From Candidatus Bathyarchaeota archaeon (GTDB lineage Archaea; Thermoproteota; Bathyarchaeia; Bathyarchaeales; Bathycorpusculaceae): DNA of 64,000 nt. The notes beneath the pieces were generated by a model that saw nothing but the letters and a program-made list of their open reading frames with translations, searched no databases and was not told where the DNA came from. Made by a program: the position numbers and the translations under genes. Each line of letters opens with the position of its first letter. Within the stretch, counting starts at the first letter, position 1. Below, in pieces: positions 60,030 to 64,000 of the stretch. The DNA lies in assembly GCA_963715865.1 (NCBI GenBank), contig OY970280.1:1056001-1120000 (forward strand), in the 5' to 3' direction.

Positions 60030-61220
60030 ATGAGTTCAAAAGAGGAAATAAATCAAGAGCTAAGAGCTTTAACATCTGGTTATAGATGGGTAATATTGCT
60101 TGTTGTTGTATATTCTTTTGTGGCTTCCAGTGTTGCTTTTGAATCAGCACCCCCTGCCCTTCCTGCAATGATAAAGGCGTTTTCTATAAATGATGTGCAT
60201 GCAGGTCTCATTATGTCAATCGTTCTTATTCCCGGACTTTTTTTGAGTGTACCATCAGGTTGGCTTTTAATTAAATATCAAGCAAAAAAGGTTGGTGTAA
60301 CTTCATTAATATTTGTTACAGCCGCTTCCTTTTTTACTTCTATTTCAAATTCTTTCGAAACAGTTCTTCTGTCAAGATTTATTTTAGGAGTTGGAGCAGT
60401 TTTAATCACAATAACAGGTTTCGCAGCAATTCCTCAGTGGTTTGAATCTCATGATTTGGGAAAAGCTATGGGCTTACTTGGAACTAGCTTTCCACTCTCA
60501 ATCGTTATCACTTTTCCCATCATGAGTTTTGTCACAACCAATTTTGGTTGGCGTTTCCCTTTCTACATTGCTACTTCTTTGGCAATTATTGCAACAGTGC
60601 TTTTTCTGACAGTTGTTAAAGATGGTCCCTATTCAAAGAATGCGATTGCAAAAGGTAGTCGCAAGACTTACTTTAATCTCGAGATTTGGAAATTGGGGTT
60701 CTGCTTACTTTGTGCGCAAGGTGCAACATTTTCGTTCTCAACATGGGCGCCGACCCTTTTCACCAGATTTTCTGGCTTGCCCAATATTCAAGCAAGTTTT
60801 TTGGCTAGTTTGAGCAGTTTTCCGACCATTTTTCTTGTTCCTCTTTTTGGATATTTGTCTGACAGAATGGGAAATAGGCGGTCCTTCGTTATATTTGGGT
60901 CCTTCTTGATGACAATTGCATTTGTTAGTATGGGGTTTGGTTTAAACATAGCAATGGTAGGTTCAGTTCTATTCTTAGGATTAGCCACTGCAATAATCTT
61001 ACCAGCTGCCAATTCAATGCCCTCTAAAATCTTAGGTAGTAGCCAAGCAGGAATAGGGTTTGGTATAGTATCAATTTGTAGTTTAGCGGGCGCAGTTTTG
61101 TTAGTTACTTTAGTCGGTTACCTAATAGATTCGACTAGCTCTTTAACGATACCTTTTCTTGCAATGGGTTTTTTTTCGGCAATGGGCGTCGTGCTAGCTT
61201 TTTCAATTAAAACAAAGTGA
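60030..61220 (+). CDS. MFS transporter
   Basis: About 12 TM segments, GYLSDRMGNRR loop motif. Confidence 0.92.
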   Translation: MSSKEEINQELRALTSGYRWVILLVVVYSFVASSVAFESAPPALPAMIKAFSINDVHAGLIMSIVLIPGLFLSVPSGWLLIKYQAKKVGVTSLIFVTAASFFTSISNSFETVLLSRFILGVGAVLITITGFAAIPQWFESHDLGKAMGLLGTSFPLSIVITFPIMSFVTTNFGWRFPFYIATSLAIIATVLFLTVVKDGPYSKNAIAKGSRKTYFNLEIWKLGFCLLCAQGATFSFSTWAPTLFTRFSGLPNIQASFLASLSSFPTIFLVPLFGYLSDRMGNRRSFVIFGSFLMTIAFVSMGFGLNIAMVGSVLFLGLATAIILPAANSMPSKILGSSQAGIGFGIVSICSLAGAVLLVTLVGYLIDSTSSLTIPFLAMGFFSAMGVVLAFSIKTK

Positions 61221-61381
61221 CAAGGATTCTAATTCTGAATAGAACATACTGGAATCATCCGAGTCGTCATTATAATGAATATACTATTCTGGTTTGACTA
61301 TGTTGCCCCTTGATTTTATAAGAGTTATATAGTGAAAACTCTGATACGAAGACCAACTAAGGACCAAGGAGAAGAGGATAA

Positions 61382-63473
61382 ATGCAAAAGTCAGAAGAAA
61401 AACCAGTCCTTTTAGGATATGTACATTTTGATATGCCAACAATGCGTAATCACATTTCGGAATTCCTTGTAACTCAAGAAATATCAAACAAAGTTTTCCG
61501 AAATAAGTATGTAAAAATAGATGACGCAAATAAACACCTTTTCATTGGAAGAGTTATCGAAGGTCCCTTTTTCTTACCCGAAGAAGTTGAAAGAGGGTCT
61601 GCTTTTGCCCAAACCTCAATCCTGAGGGGGGACAAATTTCCAGTGGTTCCAAATTATTATGCACTTGCAAGGCTGAGAAAGCATTTGGAAAGCAAAAAGC
61701 CTTGCCATGAAAAGGAGAAAGGGCAACCAGAGTGGGTTGTGCTTAAGAAAAGACTTGAGACAATTCTCAACAACATAAATGGTATAGACATTAATCCTTT
61801 TGCGGCTTTTCTGACGACTCTTAACCTTACGTTCCAAGTTATAGATATGTACGCTGCTGTAAAACACAAGTATCCTGAGTTTTCTCTTGCATTCAACATA
61901 GCAACTCATGATTCACTAGCCGATAAGCCTGTTATCCAAAAAATAGACCCTAAAGTAAACTCTAGAATCAAAGAGGCTTGGATTAGAAGTAAAAAGTACG
62001 CAGATTTATGCGAAAGGGAGTTCTCAATAGTAATAGGAAACCCACCTTGGGGAGCAGTTCTAAGGGGTTCAATTGGACCTTTGGGAGATGAAGCACAAAG
62101 AGAAATCTATAAGGAAAAATTTCATAGCGCCACAGGAAAGTATGATTTTTATGTGTTGTTTATTGAACGCGGTCTGAGTTGGCTAAGAAGTGATGGTATA
62201 CTTTCGATGATAACACAAGTGACTTATGTCAGTCAAGACTTCGGAAAAGGAATACGTAAGGTTATAGAAGAAGAATCAGGGATGAAACTCTTCATAGACA
62301 TTTCGGACTTTGGAGCTACGATTTTTCCAAAACGAACGAATTATCCAGCAATTACAGTTTTAAAACACGGAATAGGAAAGAGAGACTTAGAATTGGTCGA
62401 GGTCAAGAGAATTGAGTAATGAAGATACAGAAAATGGAGTTATCAGAAAAGTTGTTCTAGATGCTATCAAGAATGGAAAAGCCGAAATTAAGGGCATCAA
62501 AGCTTCCATGAGAAAGGTCAGTATCTCTGAATTGTTCGAGGAAAAAGAATTGCATAATTTTGACGGTTGGTTGGTGACAGAATTGTTCGATCTTGAACAA
62601 GGAGTAACGTGGGGCGGAGAGAATTGCAAGGAGATATATGTAATAGGAAAAGAAGTTGCTGGTCATCTTGAGCAAAAACTCCTCTACAAAACCATTGGAG
62701 GTAGAGACATCAAGGCGGGAAGAATAGACTGGAGAGAAGAATACTTGATTTTCCCCTATGTTAGAGCAAAGTCCAAATGGATTCCAGTCTTCAGACACCC
62801 GAGTCTTGGTGGTGACGACGCACTTGATTTTGCGAAATCAGTGAGCAGTACTGAGGAGGGGAAGGATATTAAGGGAAAGTTGAACTATAGAATCGCCAAA
62901 GGTTTGGTCAGTTATCCTCTTGTTGCGAGTTATTTTGTCGAGCATTACGAAAAATTGGAAAACAGAGAATTTGAAGATAAGAAGATGTCCAGCTATAACA
63001 AGTGTTGGTATGAGTATCACAGACCAAGAAAGGTTAGTCTTCTTAAGAAACCGAAAATTGGTTACAAGAGAGTAATGAAAGACCCATCCTTTGCGATAGA
63101 CGAAAAAGGATACTTGCCAAGAGACTCTGTTGTTTCGATGACTCCCAGGAATAAATTCGCTGAATTGAAAGCCAACATTGAGAGTATACTTAAGAAAGAA
63201 GTCACGGTGGAGCAGGCTTTAGGTTATGCTGTTGCTTTTCTAAACTCGGATTTGTTCCGCGAAGTTCTTGAGCATAGAAGGTCCAAGAAGCGTGGGGGAT
63301 ATCCAATTGTTGATGAACGTCTAATGAAAAGATTTACTATTCCAAGGGGCACCAGCAAAGACGTGTCTATATTGAACAAAATCCTGCAAGGAAATGCTGA
63401 TGAGAAAGATCTGCTAATTCTGTGTCGCCCTTCAAGAAAGAAGCAAGCAAAACTAACCCATTTACAAAAATAA
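61382..63473 (+). pseudogene. Chimeric HerA-like N-terminus fused to the C-terminal half of an N6-adenine DNA methyltransferase with TaqI-like specificity domain; +1 frameshift near 62410
   Basis: Residues ~1-97 are HAS-barrel-like (FIGRVIEGPFF). Then GIDIN, IGNPPW and KYDFYVLFIERG. No SAM-binding motif I. 62412-63473 continues with YHRPRK...PKI. Confidence 0.75.
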
Positions 63474-63525
63474 TCTGCGATCCAAGTGGCCTGGTACACT
63501 TCCATCATGTTGTGAACGTTTTTGG

Positions 63526-63837
63526 TTACTTGCAGTATTTTGCTGTTTCTTCAATGTAATTTTTGACCTCTTGAAGTAATGCAGGCGAATAAAACTGAAG
63601 ACGAATCTTCGCTTTTTGTCTACCCTTGAAATGTGCGGTGAGCGTTTCGCCTTTTATTTCGGCTTTATCAAAATCGCGTAAAAGGTACATTTCGGGGTCT
63701 TGCCTCTCCATGATGTTAAGGCGCTGGTTATGTGTCTCTTGTTGGATGATGAGGTGACATGTGGTTAACCAGCCTACACCATTTGCCAGCTTGAAGGATA
63801 AGATCGTCTTTTCGTCTGGAAAACCGTCAAATTTCAT
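63526..63837 (-). CDS. Hypothetical protein
   Basis: ATG, 103 aa, no recognised motif. Confidence 0.55.
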   Translation of the reverse strand: MKFDGFPDEKTILSFKLANGVGWLTTCHLIIQQETHNQRLNIMERQDPEMYLLRDFDKAEIKGETLTAHFKGRQKAKIRLQFYSPALLQEVKNYIEETAKYCK

Positions 63838-64000
63838 AATGCTCTCTCTATCCTTGGTCCTATTTTGATTTTTTCTGTCATCTGCTTTCTCAACAATCCA
63901 CGGAGCAGTACTTATCTCGCGACAATATATGACTCATAAGCTACAAAGGGGGTGCTGAAATCAAGCAACAGGTAACAAATATCGCTGAAAAACATAACTT

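Overview
Archaeal chromosomal window. TACK-like, most likely Bathyarchaeia; this is an inference from gene content and style, not a database hit. It holds housekeeping genes (dnaK partial, grpE, alaS, tiaS, pyrG, trmI) and a ~13 kb type IV pilus locus: assembly ATPase, two TadC-like membrane proteins, a major and two minor pilins, and two giant pilin-adhesin fusions sharing the same class III signal peptide. It also holds a NikR-type regulator divergent from a Zn-type ABC importer, many small regulators, two large beta-propeller surface-protein paralogues, and a broken HerA/DNA-methyltransferase locus. The top observation is a ~7 kb accessory island (44341-51350) delimited by three direct copies of a 22-29 bp core. 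That core is not a tRNA. It is the 5' half of a box C/D guide RNA (full copy 51322-51387) whose D' guide would place a 2'-O-methyl on 23S rRNA G2251 (P-loop). The island carries relBE, two selected micro-ORF paralogues, structured non-coding elements and a tyrosine-integrase remnant abutting the att. This suggests integrative elements that target a C/D sRNA gene. A conserved, pseudoknot-capable non-coding element also follows both beta-propeller genes. Several genes carry single +1 frameshifts that may be sequencing errors.
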